DNA of 64,000 nucleotides from Actinomycetota bacterium (GTDB lineage Bacteria; Actinomycetota; Actinomycetes; S36-B12): NCBI GenBank assembly GCA_030650795.1, contig JAUSDJ010000017.1, positions 388,077 to 452,076 of the forward strand, read 5' to 3'. Shown piece by piece: positions 34,460 to 42,202 of this stretch (position 1 is its first letter; each line of letters starts with the position of its first letter). The notes under the pieces were generated by a model. It saw only the letters and a program-made list of their open reading frames with translations, ran no database searches and was not told where the DNA came from. The position numbers and the translations under genes were made by a program.

Positions 34460-34565
34460 CGAACCTCCCAGAGATTGCTAACTGCAGCATGGTGCGGCAA
34501 CTGCCCGAAAGTGAAGGACTCGCTTGCCGGCATCGAGCATGTGCGCCGATGGCTAGCATCCAAGG

Positions 34566-35345
34566 ATGGATCTGCATCTGCGCGACAAGGTCATCGTCAT
34601 CACCGGCGGGACTGACGGCCTGGGCGCTGCACTCGCCAAGGGCTTGCTATCCGAGGGTGCCCGAGTGGCAATCTGCGGGCGCGATCGAGAACGACTCGCG
34701 CGAGCGCAGGGTGAACTTGGTGCGCAGCGCGATCGCCTGCTGGCTATCCCGGCCGATGTCACAGTGGCTGATGACATGGAGCGCCTCATTGGGACGGTGG
34801 CCGACCAGTGGCAGCGCATTGATGGACTGGTGAACAACGCTGGCGCGGCATCTGGCAACCGGGTTTCGGATCTTTCTGACGAAGAGTGGGCTGATGACTT
34901 CGACCTCAAGGTGGTCGCTGCTGCGCGCTTGATCCGGCTAGCCACCCCTCATCTGCGAAGTTCGGGCGGCGGTTCGATCATCAATGTGCTGGCTATCGCG
35001 GCTCGAGCGGCAGCGGCGAGTTCCCTGCCCTCAAGTGCTTCTCGAGCCGCAGGTCTTGCCTTGACCAAGGCAGCGTCCAAAGAACTAGGGGCAGACGGCA
35101 TTCGCGTCAACGCCATTCTCATCGGCATCATCAAGTCCAACCAATGGGTTCGCCGGGCAAGTCAGACGGGAGCGCCAATCGATGAGTTGTACGCCGAAAT
35201 GGCCAACCGCTCAGGCATTCCACTTGGACGAGTTGGCGAACTCGAAGAGTTCGCCGATCTGGGCGCCTACCTGCTCTCGGATCGCTCCTCCTATATAACT
35301 GGGTCGGCCCTGAATCTCGATGGCGGCATGAGCTCCGCTATCTGA
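34566..35345 (+). CDS. SDR-family oxidoreductase
   Basis: ITGGTDGLGAAL cofactor motif, NNAG, classical SDR length. The catalytic region is atypical (SSASRAAGLALTKAASKE). Confidence 0.8.
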   Translation: MDLHLRDKVIVITGGTDGLGAALAKGLLSEGARVAICGRDRERLARAQGELGAQRDRLLAIPADVTVADDMERLIGTVADQWQRIDGLVNNAGAASGNRVSDLSDEEWADDFDLKVVAAARLIRLATPHLRSSGGGSIINVLAIAARAAAASSLPSSASRAAGLALTKAASKELGADGIRVNAILIGIIKSNQWVRRASQTGAPIDELYAEMANRSGIPLGRVGELEEFADLGAYLLSDRSSYITGSALNLDGGMSSAI

Positions 35346-35605
35346 GGGATGATTCCCCGGATTCTCACTCCCAGGCCATGAGCGATGAGCCAAGTGGCTG
35401 TGCGCCGCGCCCACATATCCGCCGAGGTAGTCGGCAAAGATCGCCTGTACCGGCATCAAATCTCGTCGCTTATCGGCAGAGCCGCATGACTCGCGAAGCG
35501 CGGTACGAACTGCGCATCCTGTCCAGAACACGGTCTACCCATGCGAGCCCACACGCGGGACCTTTGGGCGTTGCCACGCGGCGGATTTCGGTATAGAGAG
35601 GTGAC

Positions 35606-36391
35606 ATGGGTACTGGGTTCCTGCGTCTGGTCGTTCGTGGTCTGTCAGTGGGGGTCGCGCTGCTACTCCTCCTGCAGATCAGCTCCCTCGCATCCGGGGC
35701 GAGTGCCTCCACGCCTGAGTGGGACGTCAGTGGCACGTGGTCCTCGGCAGGCGGCGACCTGGTGATCTCGCAGTCCGCCGACGGCTCGCTGACCGGCAGA
35801 TTCATCATGAAGCGGGGCTGCACCGACACCTACGGGGCGACGGGCCGGATCGACGGCAGTTCGATCAGCCTCAGCCTGGCGCGCGCCAGCGGACGGGGAG
35901 ACGAGTATCCATGCGCTGGAACGCAGACCCTGAATGGCAGCGTGGGTCCGCGGGGTACGACGCTCATCCTGACTCTGGTGAACTTCGCGCAGACCTCACC
36001 CGCCTCGCCGTTTACCGGCCAGGCGACGAGTCTGCGCGCAGATGAGACCTTCAAGCAGTCCTTCTCGGTCCTCGTCAGTTGTGGCACCACCGGGAGTCAG
36101 ATCTGCCCGAAGGTCTTTGTGGGAGTGGTGCGGCCTGGGTCCGGAAGGATCGCCGTCCTCTTCACGCTGGCTCAGCACTGCTCTGATGTCCGCCTCTACA
36201 TCTCGGTCGATGGAGGGGTCGAGAGGGTCTCGCCCTTCTTGGGTTCGAGGCAGGCGACCCGGGACTATTCATTCCGCATAGGCGATGGCCCTCACCGCGT
36301 CCAAGTGCGCGCCGAAGGACGACGCGGCGGCTGCAACTACGGCCAACTCTCTATCTGGGGAGGCACCCTGCTCGCGCGTTCGCTGGCCTGA
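35606..36391 (+). CDS. Secreted hypothetical protein (261 aa), GC-rich
   Basis: Signal peptide (VALLLLLQISSLASGASA|ST). Several Cys pairs. No motif recognised. Confidence 0.6.
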   Translation: MGTGFLRLVVRGLSVGVALLLLLQISSLASGASASTPEWDVSGTWSSAGGDLVISQSADGSLTGRFIMKRGCTDTYGATGRIDGSSISLSLARASGRGDEYPCAGTQTLNGSVGPRGTTLILTLVNFAQTSPASPFTGQATSLRADETFKQSFSVLVSCGTTGSQICPKVFVGVVRPGSGRIAVLFTLAQHCSDVRLYISVDGGVERVSPFLGSRQATRDYSFRIGDGPHRVQVRAEGRRGGCNYGQLSIWGGTLLARSLA

Positions 36392-36499
36392 CCGGGCAGG
36401 CGGGAATCGAACCAAGAAGTAGCCACGACCGATCCTTCGGCGTAGCGTTCCCCAGGGGTCCTGCCTTGGCCTAAGTTCGACAGAGCCTGGGAGGCCGCT

Positions 36500-37792
36500 T
36501 TGAAGCGTTACCGCGTCGTCGTAGTTCTCGCGGGGGTCACCATCGGGGCTCTTGCCTTGGCGCTCTCGAGCTCCGCCTCCTCGGTGGCATCGACGCCCGA
36601 TCGGCTCGTGGCCAAGCCACGCGCGGCGGCCGTCGATCCGATCGTCCGCGAGTGGTCGTCGAAGTGGGAGCACGGCGTTGTCACCATCAACGTGACGGGG
36701 TCCGGTGGCAATTACGTCGGCAACGTCGTCCAGGACAATTCAGGCGCTAGTTGTAACAGTCCGGCAGGGAAATTGATTTGGACCATCCGCGGAAGTGCCC
36801 CGAACTACACGGGCACGGCCTCGGCACATCCGGGCTGCGCGAATCCGGCTGTGGCGGCCTTCTTCACCGTATCGACATACAACGGCGGACTATGGCTTGA
36901 TGTGCGCGTCGGAACCAACAGCGAGAGCTTCGAAGGTGGGCCCGCGCCTGTCGCTACCGCGCCCGACCCGACTGCGCCCGACACCACACCGCCGACCGTA
37001 AGGCTTGACGCGGAATCAGGCATTATCCGGATCGGGGAGAAGTTCAGGGTGCGGTGGTCGGTCACTGACAACAGCAAGAAGGCGAAGGTGACGCTCACCC
37101 TCTATTCCGGCGGCGACGTCGTGGCCACCCAGACGAGTCGCGGGCTGGTCAAGGCGACCGGCCAGGTGCGTGAAGGCACCGCTGATGCTGGGTCTCGCTA
37201 CCCGGGACCGTTCTATATCTGCGTGTCGGCCGTGGATGCCGCGGGCAACACGAGTGCGACGCCGGGGCCGAAGTGCGAGTGGCTGTCGGTCCAGGTGCCC
37301 GTGTCGAGGGTGTCCAACGGCTGCGGAGGCGCGCAGTGGGGACCGGGTGCTGAAGCCGTTCAAAACTGGCTGCTCGACACGCAGAAGTACAATAAGGAAA
37401 CGGTTAACTTCCGTGCTGCGTGCAACCAGCACGACGCTGGCTACGCCGGTGTCACGGTGGCCGACCCCTTCCTGAAGCACGTGGTGGACTTCCGGACCTG
37501 GTCACGCGAACGGGTCGACAAGAAGCTCGAAAAGGACATGCAAACTCTGTGCCACAAGTACCTGGATGGGAACGTGAGCCCCAATGCGATATCGAGTTGC
37601 ACGAAGGGCGTTTCGCAGGCGCTCCTGCCGGCGGCCGTAGTGGTGGGCGGGCCGCCAGGCGCCCTGGCCTACTACGAGGGCGTGCGGCAGTATGCCAAGG
37701 CCGCCTTTGACACGAACGTCGTGGCCCCCGGCACCCAGACAGACAACAACCCTTCGACATGGCCCCTGGGCGGCGGACGAGACAACACATAA
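36500..37792 (+). CDS. Secreted multidomain protein with C-terminal prokaryotic phospholipase A2-like domain
   Basis: Signal peptide, then an unknown N-domain, a Pro/Thr linker and an Ig-like segment. The C-terminus (NGCGG...FRAACNQHDAGYAG...RVDKKLEKDMQTLC...ISSCTKG...YYEGVRQY) matches the Streptomyces PLA2 pattern (LCS..PD...ACxRHDFGYRN...DMKRVC...AC...YYQAVK), recalled from memory. Confidence 0.65.
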   Translation: MKRYRVVVVLAGVTIGALALALSSSASSVASTPDRLVAKPRAAAVDPIVREWSSKWEHGVVTINVTGSGGNYVGNVVQDNSGASCNSPAGKLIWTIRGSAPNYTGTASAHPGCANPAVAAFFTVSTYNGGLWLDVRVGTNSESFEGGPAPVATAPDPTAPDTTPPTVRLDAESGIIRIGEKFRVRWSVTDNSKKAKVTLTLYSGGDVVATQTSRGLVKATGQVREGTADAGSRYPGPFYICVSAVDAAGNTSATPGPKCEWLSVQVPVSRVSNGCGGAQWGPGAEAVQNWLLDTQKYNKETVNFRAACNQHDAGYAGVTVADPFLKHVVDFRTWSRERVDKKLEKDMQTLCHKYLDGNVSPNAISSCTKGVSQALLPAAVVVGGPPGALAYYEGVRQYAKAAFDTNVVAPGTQTDNNPSTWPLGGGRDNT

Positions 37793-38050
37793 GCGCCACC
37801 AATCCACCGTGGTCAACTAGGTCCTCACCACGCCCCGCCTCCCAATCGAGGATGGCTATGGCCTGGGCGTGGGTCCGCTCGGGGCTGCAGAAAGCGAAGC
37901 ACCGGACCAATTCGGCGTCCTTGCAAGTGCCGTCGCCTGCGCCGCACTGAGCCATCGCGCATGGGAAATCGTAGTGATCTGCTTTGCATGGAGGTGACCC
38001 TGCGACGTTCCCTGTGTCGTGGGCTTGTCAAGTCACACATGCCCGATTTG

Positions 38051-38074
38051 TGTAGTGAACGATCGTTCACTACA
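38051..38074. promoter_or_regulatory. Perfect 24-bp palindrome; probable MarR operator overlapping the -10 of a leaderless marR promoter
   Basis: TGTAGTGAACGATCGTTCACTACA is a perfect inverted repeat. TACAAT (38071-38076) ends 6 nt before the marR ATG at 38083. Confidence 0.5.
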
Positions 38075-38082
38075 ATAGTTGC

Positions 38083-38580
38083 ATGGCGCAACCAACTAAC
38101 ATCCTTCGAGAGCGCACCCGGGCCTTCGTAGCCGATGCCGTGCACGACTCCTCGAACTCTCAGGTGGCCTTCAACCTGATCGAGCTCATGAACATCGGCA
38201 AGAGATTCACCGCTAGGCAGCGCGAGCAGGCAACGGTCAACACGATGCTTGGAAAGCTCGCCAACGAAGGACCCATGCGTTCCGCCGACCTCGCTCAATT
38301 ACTGATGCTCGACCCGTCCACCGTCAGTCGACACATCTGCTCGATGGCCGATGACGGCTTGGTCAACCGCACCCCCGACGCAAGCGACCGACGAGTGCAG
38401 TGGGTCGATATCTCGCAACCAGGGCGTGAGCACCTGCAAGCCGCAACACGCGCGCGCGTCGCCCTCTTTGAGCAGGTGATGGCGCTATGGCCTGAGTCCG
38501 AACGCATCGCCTTTGGCCACCTGCTCGAAAAATTCGTCCTTGACTTTGATCGAACCACCTCTGAAGCAGAGCAAGCATGA
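38083..38580 (+). CDS. MarR-family transcriptional regulator
   Basis: Winged-HTH pattern (MRSADLAQLLMLDPSTVSRHICSMADDGLVNRTPDASDRR). ATGA overlap with the MFS gene. Confidence 0.85.
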   Translation: MAQPTNILRERTRAFVADAVHDSSNSQVAFNLIELMNIGKRFTARQREQATVNTMLGKLANEGPMRSADLAQLLMLDPSTVSRHICSMADDGLVNRTPDASDRRVQWVDISQPGREHLQAATRARVALFEQVMALWPESERIAFGHLLEKFVLDFDRTTSEAEQA

Positions 38581-40184
38581 GCACGACTCACGACCAGGAT
38601 CCTGGTCTGACTACTGATCCCGTTGCGACACTGATCGCCGAGGGCGCACCGTCTGAGGATCGGATCACTGGTCGGCGTCTCAAACTGATCATGGGTTCGC
38701 TCATGCTTACGATGTTCCTGGCAGCAATCGATCAGACCATCGTCTCGGTTGCGCTCCCTCGCATCACTAGCGATCTCAATGGATTGAGTTCGCTGTCGTG
38801 GGTGGTCACCGCTTACCTGCTCGCATCAACGGCTTCCACGCCTATCTGGGGCAAGATCTCTGATCTCTACGGCCGCAAGATCATGCTGCAAATCGCCATC
38901 GTGCTCTTCCTGCTGGCTTCATTTCTGGCTGGCGCATCTCAATCGATGGAATGGCTCATCTTCAGTCGCGGCCTGCAAGGTCTAGGTGGCGGCGGCATCA
39001 TGGTCTTGGCTATGGCCAGCGTCGCCGACATCATTCCGCCACGCGAGCGCGGTCGCTACACGGGTTTGTTCACCTCAGTCTTCGCCTTCTCCAGCGTTGC
39101 AGGCCCACTGCTTGGCGGCTTCTTCGTTGAATCGCTGAACTGGCGCTGGATCTTCTACATCAACATTCCGTTCGGCATCGCTGCGTTCTTCATCATCGCG
39201 GCAGTGTTCAACGTGCCGAGCCAGAAAGTGCAGCACAAGATCGACTTCATCGGAGCTGCACTCATGGTTGCCGGCGTCAGCACATTGCTACTCATGGCGG
39301 AATGGGGCGGCAGCAAGTACGACTGGGGCTCCTCCACAATCTTGCTGATGGTCGCGGCAAGCGTCATCTTGCTCTCGGTGTTCGTCTGGCATGAACTTCG
39401 CGTTGAAGAGCCAATGGTGCCGATGTCGCTCTTCCGCAATCCGATCTTCGCTGTCTCCAGTTCCATTGGTTTCGTCGTCGGACTCGCGATGTTCGGTGCG
39501 ATCATCTTCATGCCCGTCTTCATGCAGATCGTCCAAGGAGCAACGCCAACACAGGCTGGCTTGAAGATGGTGCCGATGATGGCCGGTATGGCCTCAGCTT
39601 CGATCACCGTCGGCCAGCTGACTTCTCGCCTTGGTCGTTACAAGATCTTCCCGATCTTCGGAACTGCGATGGCCTTCACCGGAATGTTGCTTCTGAGCAG
39701 GATTCAGACTGACACTCCCTATTCGTACCTGGCAGTGAGCTTGTTCATTCTCGGCGTTGGCATGGGTTCCACTATGCAGGTCCTCGTCCTTTCAGTGCAG
39801 AACTCGGTGCACGTCAAGGATGTTGGCGTTGCCACCAGCGGCAGTACCTTCTTCCGCTCGATCGGTGGAACCTTCGGAACTGCGGTCTTCGGCGCGGTCA
39901 TGACCACCCAACTGACAAAGAACATCACCGAAGCCCTGCCAGCAGACAGCGCCAAGAACATCGATGTCTCACAGTTGACGATTGCCATTTCCAAGATCGA
40001 ATCATTGCCCGACGCTCTTCACGGCATCGTGCTCAATGCCTACTCAAGCGCGATGGGGCACGTGTTCCTGGTTGCAGCTCCACTGCTGCTGATCGGTTTC
40101 GTGCTCACGCTCTTCCTCAAGGAAGTTCGTTTGTCACCTCTGGTTGGCAAGGAGCGAGAGTTCGAGCCACTGCCCATCGATTGA
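38577..40184 (+). CDS. MFS transporter, DHA2 (EmrB/QacA, 14-TMS) type efflux permease
   Basis: LDQTIVSVALPRI, GKISDLYGRK and other signatures. About 14 hydrophobic segments. 535 aa. Confidence 0.9.
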   Translation: MSTTHDQDPGLTTDPVATLIAEGAPSEDRITGRRLKLIMGSLMLTMFLAAIDQTIVSVALPRITSDLNGLSSLSWVVTAYLLASTASTPIWGKISDLYGRKIMLQIAIVLFLLASFLAGASQSMEWLIFSRGLQGLGGGGIMVLAMASVADIIPPRERGRYTGLFTSVFAFSSVAGPLLGGFFVESLNWRWIFYINIPFGIAAFFIIAAVFNVPSQKVQHKIDFIGAALMVAGVSTLLLMAEWGGSKYDWGSSTILLMVAASVILLSVFVWHELRVEEPMVPMSLFRNPIFAVSSSIGFVVGLAMFGAIIFMPVFMQIVQGATPTQAGLKMVPMMAGMASASITVGQLTSRLGRYKIFPIFGTAMAFTGMLLLSRIQTDTPYSYLAVSLFILGVGMGSTMQVLVLSVQNSVHVKDVGVATSGSTFFRSIGGTFGTAVFGAVMTTQLTKNITEALPADSAKNIDVSQLTIAISKIESLPDALHGIVLNAYSSAMGHVFLVAAPLLLIGFVLTLFLKEVRLSPLVGKEREFEPLPID

Positions 40185-40258
40185 CTTCAAGCCAATGCTG
40201 TGGCGAGCTGCCAAGGCGGCTTGTCACAGCATTGGCCAGACAGTGCAAGGATCCGCAC

Positions 40259-40936
40259 GTGACTTCGGGTCCCCTGGTTGGTGTTGACGGCTACACCAAG
40301 GGATGGGTTGCGGCAGTTCTGGCTGATCATCACATCACCTGGCGCACATGTGGCATCCACGAACTACGTCCAACTGTGCGTGGCTGCAAGGTCGTGGCAA
40401 TCGACATTCCACTCAAACTCGTCGCCAAAGGTTGGCGGGCCTGCGACCGTGAAACCAAGCAAGCCCTTGGCAAACACCAGTCGCGCGTGTTCATGATTCC
40501 TCCGCGACCCGTACTCGAACTTGGATTGCACACTCCCAATGCTGAAACGCAGTTGTTGAGCATCGAGTTGACTGGGGCGGGCGTGAGTCGTCAGGCCCTA
40601 GCACTCAGCGAGCGAATCCTGGCCGTCAATGAACTGCTGCCGGACAAGCGCTTTCACGAGGTACACCCCGAACTCGTCTTTGCAGCACTCGACGGAAACG
40701 TGGTGCCGCCATCGAAGAAGTCTGCGCGTGGGGTAGGGACTCGCATGCGAATTCTGGACCCTTGGCTCACCACTTTGGGAACGAGCAGTGCCCTGCTGAT
40801 GAAGACGTGCCCAGCAGATGTGCCTGTCGATGACGCACTCGACGCACTCGCAGCACTTGCCGGAGCTCTGCGCATCGATCACGGCCTCGCTCAGCGATGG
40901 CCAGAGAAGGGTCGCGGCCCGACGATCTGGGCCTAA
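40259..40936 (+). CDS. DUF429-family protein (predicted RNase H-like fold)
   Basis: VGVDGYTKGWVAA..., VAIDIPLKL, EVHPELVF, PSKKSARG and DDALDALAALA fit DUF429. GTG at 40259 is preferred. The ORF-track TTG at 40181 overlaps the MFS stop and is an alternative. Confidence 0.6.
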   Translation: MTSGPLVGVDGYTKGWVAAVLADHHITWRTCGIHELRPTVRGCKVVAIDIPLKLVAKGWRACDRETKQALGKHQSRVFMIPPRPVLELGLHTPNAETQLLSIELTGAGVSRQALALSERILAVNELLPDKRFHEVHPELVFAALDGNVVPPSKKSARGVGTRMRILDPWLTTLGTSSALLMKTCPADVPVDDALDALAALAGALRIDHGLAQRWPEKGRGPTIWA

Positions 40937-41544
40937 TCGACGATTGGCCCCAGAGTTCGGGAGCGCTTGATCTCAACAAGGCCAGGCACCTGGGCCACCA
41001 GCACAAAGCCATCCCAGAGATGTCCGGCAGCTTCTCCGCGCGGGATTGGCGTGATGATCGGACCGAAGAATCCAACAGGGGTCCCGTCGAGGCCATCGAT
41101 AGCAATGACAGGCGTGCCAACACCCGCACCCGACGTCGCCACTGCAGTTGCATGCGCTGCGCGCACGAGATGGTCGTACTGTGGATCATCGGCGGCCTCA
41201 GCCAGGCTTGCCTCCAATCCAAGCTCAGCAAGCGCTTCAGCGATAACGGCATCCATGTCCTTGCGCTTGTCTAGGTGGAAGCGGGTGCCCAGCGCCGAGA
41301 AAAGCGGAAAGACCACATCATCGCCGTGGAGCTCACGCGCTCGGCACAGCACGCGCGCAGGACGCCAAGTACGAGCGATGAGTTTCTTGTAGTCCTCCGA
41401 AACATCGTTGCGCTCATTGAGAACACCCAAGGACATGATGTTCCAGTTCACCGTGACGTCGCGAACCTTCTCGACCTCAACCATCCAGCGTGAAGTGATC
41501 CAGGCCCACGGGCACATCGGATCAATCCAGAATGTCGCCTGCAT
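40933..41544 (-). CDS. DsbA-like thioredoxin-fold protein (Rv2466c-like), monothiol CPWA motif
   Basis: FWIDPMCPWAWITSRW N-terminus and a 203-aa DsbA-like layout. Sits next to pepN, as Rv2466c does in M. tuberculosis (from memory). Confidence 0.7.
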   Translation of the reverse strand: MQATFWIDPMCPWAWITSRWMVEVEKVRDVTVNWNIMSLGVLNERNDVSEDYKKLIARTWRPARVLCRARELHGDDVVFPLFSALGTRFHLDKRKDMDAVIAEALAELGLEASLAEAADDPQYDHLVRAAHATAVATSGAGVGTPVIAIDGLDGTPVGFFGPIITPIPRGEAAGHLWDGFVLVAQVPGLVEIKRSRTLGPIVD

Positions 41545-42155
41545 CAGTCACACTCCACCTTCGCTTGGCGTTCCTTTTTCAGTTCATAGAAGCCGGGGTT
41601 CGCGGCAAGAATCAACAAGCCATCCCAAAGGCGCCCCGCAGCCTCCCCGCGAGGAGTCGAAGTCAAGACTGGGCCGAAGTAGCCAACTCGTTCTCCGCCA
41701 GGCCCAGGGATTCCGATGATCGGGGTTCCCACGCCTTCGCCCCCCAGCAGCATCGCGGCCTCGTGGCTTGCTCGGACTGCTGCATCAAATTCTGGTGTTT
41801 CCGAAGCATCGGCTATCGAGGACGGCAAGCCGCATTCGGCAACGGCTTGGGCGATCACGTCTGAGACATTCTGATTTCCTTCAACATTCGTAAGGCGACC
41901 TATCGCAAACAGCAATTGGCGAGCTGCCTCTTCTCCAGAGTGAGCTCGGGCGGCTTCAACCGAACGCACCGACTTCCAAGCAGCAGAGTCTGAAGGGCCA
42001 CCCTCAGCCTCTGCGCCTTCTTCGAGGATGGCCAGCGACATCACTCGCCAGCTGACGTCGATATCGCGAATGATCTGAACCTCCTCAAGCCATCGAGCAG
42101 TCACCCAGGCCCAGTCGCACGTTGGGTCGATCCAGAAGTCAACCGAAGTCGTCAC
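41544..42155 (-). CDS. DsbA-like thioredoxin-fold protein (Rv2466c-like), monothiol CDWA motif; tandem paralog
   Basis: FWIDPTCDWAWVTARW. Same length (203 aa) and colinear similarity to the neighbour. Its stop overlaps the downstream start by 1 nt. Confidence 0.7.
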   Translation of the reverse strand: MTTSVDFWIDPTCDWAWVTARWLEEVQIIRDIDVSWRVMSLAILEEGAEAEGGPSDSAAWKSVRSVEAARAHSGEEAARQLLFAIGRLTNVEGNQNVSDVIAQAVAECGLPSSIADASETPEFDAAVRASHEAAMLLGGEGVGTPIIGIPGPGGERVGYFGPVLTSTPRGEAAGRLWDGLLILAANPGFYELKKERQAKVECD

Positions 42156-42202
42156 CCTGCCACGCTAACCGACTCAATGAGGAGGGGTGACAGGATCGGC
42201 TC

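Noticed and set aside
35211-35596. ORFs in the 260-nt gap between the second SDR and the secreted-protein gene (35211..35531 minus, 106 aa; 35378..35596 plus, 72 aa).
   Set aside because: One overlaps the SDR 3' end and neither has an RBS or a recognisable motif. They could be remnants of a degraded gene, but I cannot support a call.
36391-36480. Possible tRNA or pseudo-tRNA on the minus strand (GGTTCGATTCCC T-loop-like sequence; a 76-nt span can be delimited).
   Set aside because: Hand folding gives only 5/7 acceptor pairs, no D-arm (cccc-t-gggg has no loop) and no T-stem 5' strand. I kept it only as a weak att-remnant clue inside the GC-islet finding.
37825-38298. Minus-strand ORFs between the PLA2-like gene and marR (37825..38298, 37452..37955).
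   Set aside because: They overlap marR and the PLA2-like gene antisense, and their composition is Arg/Gly-rich.
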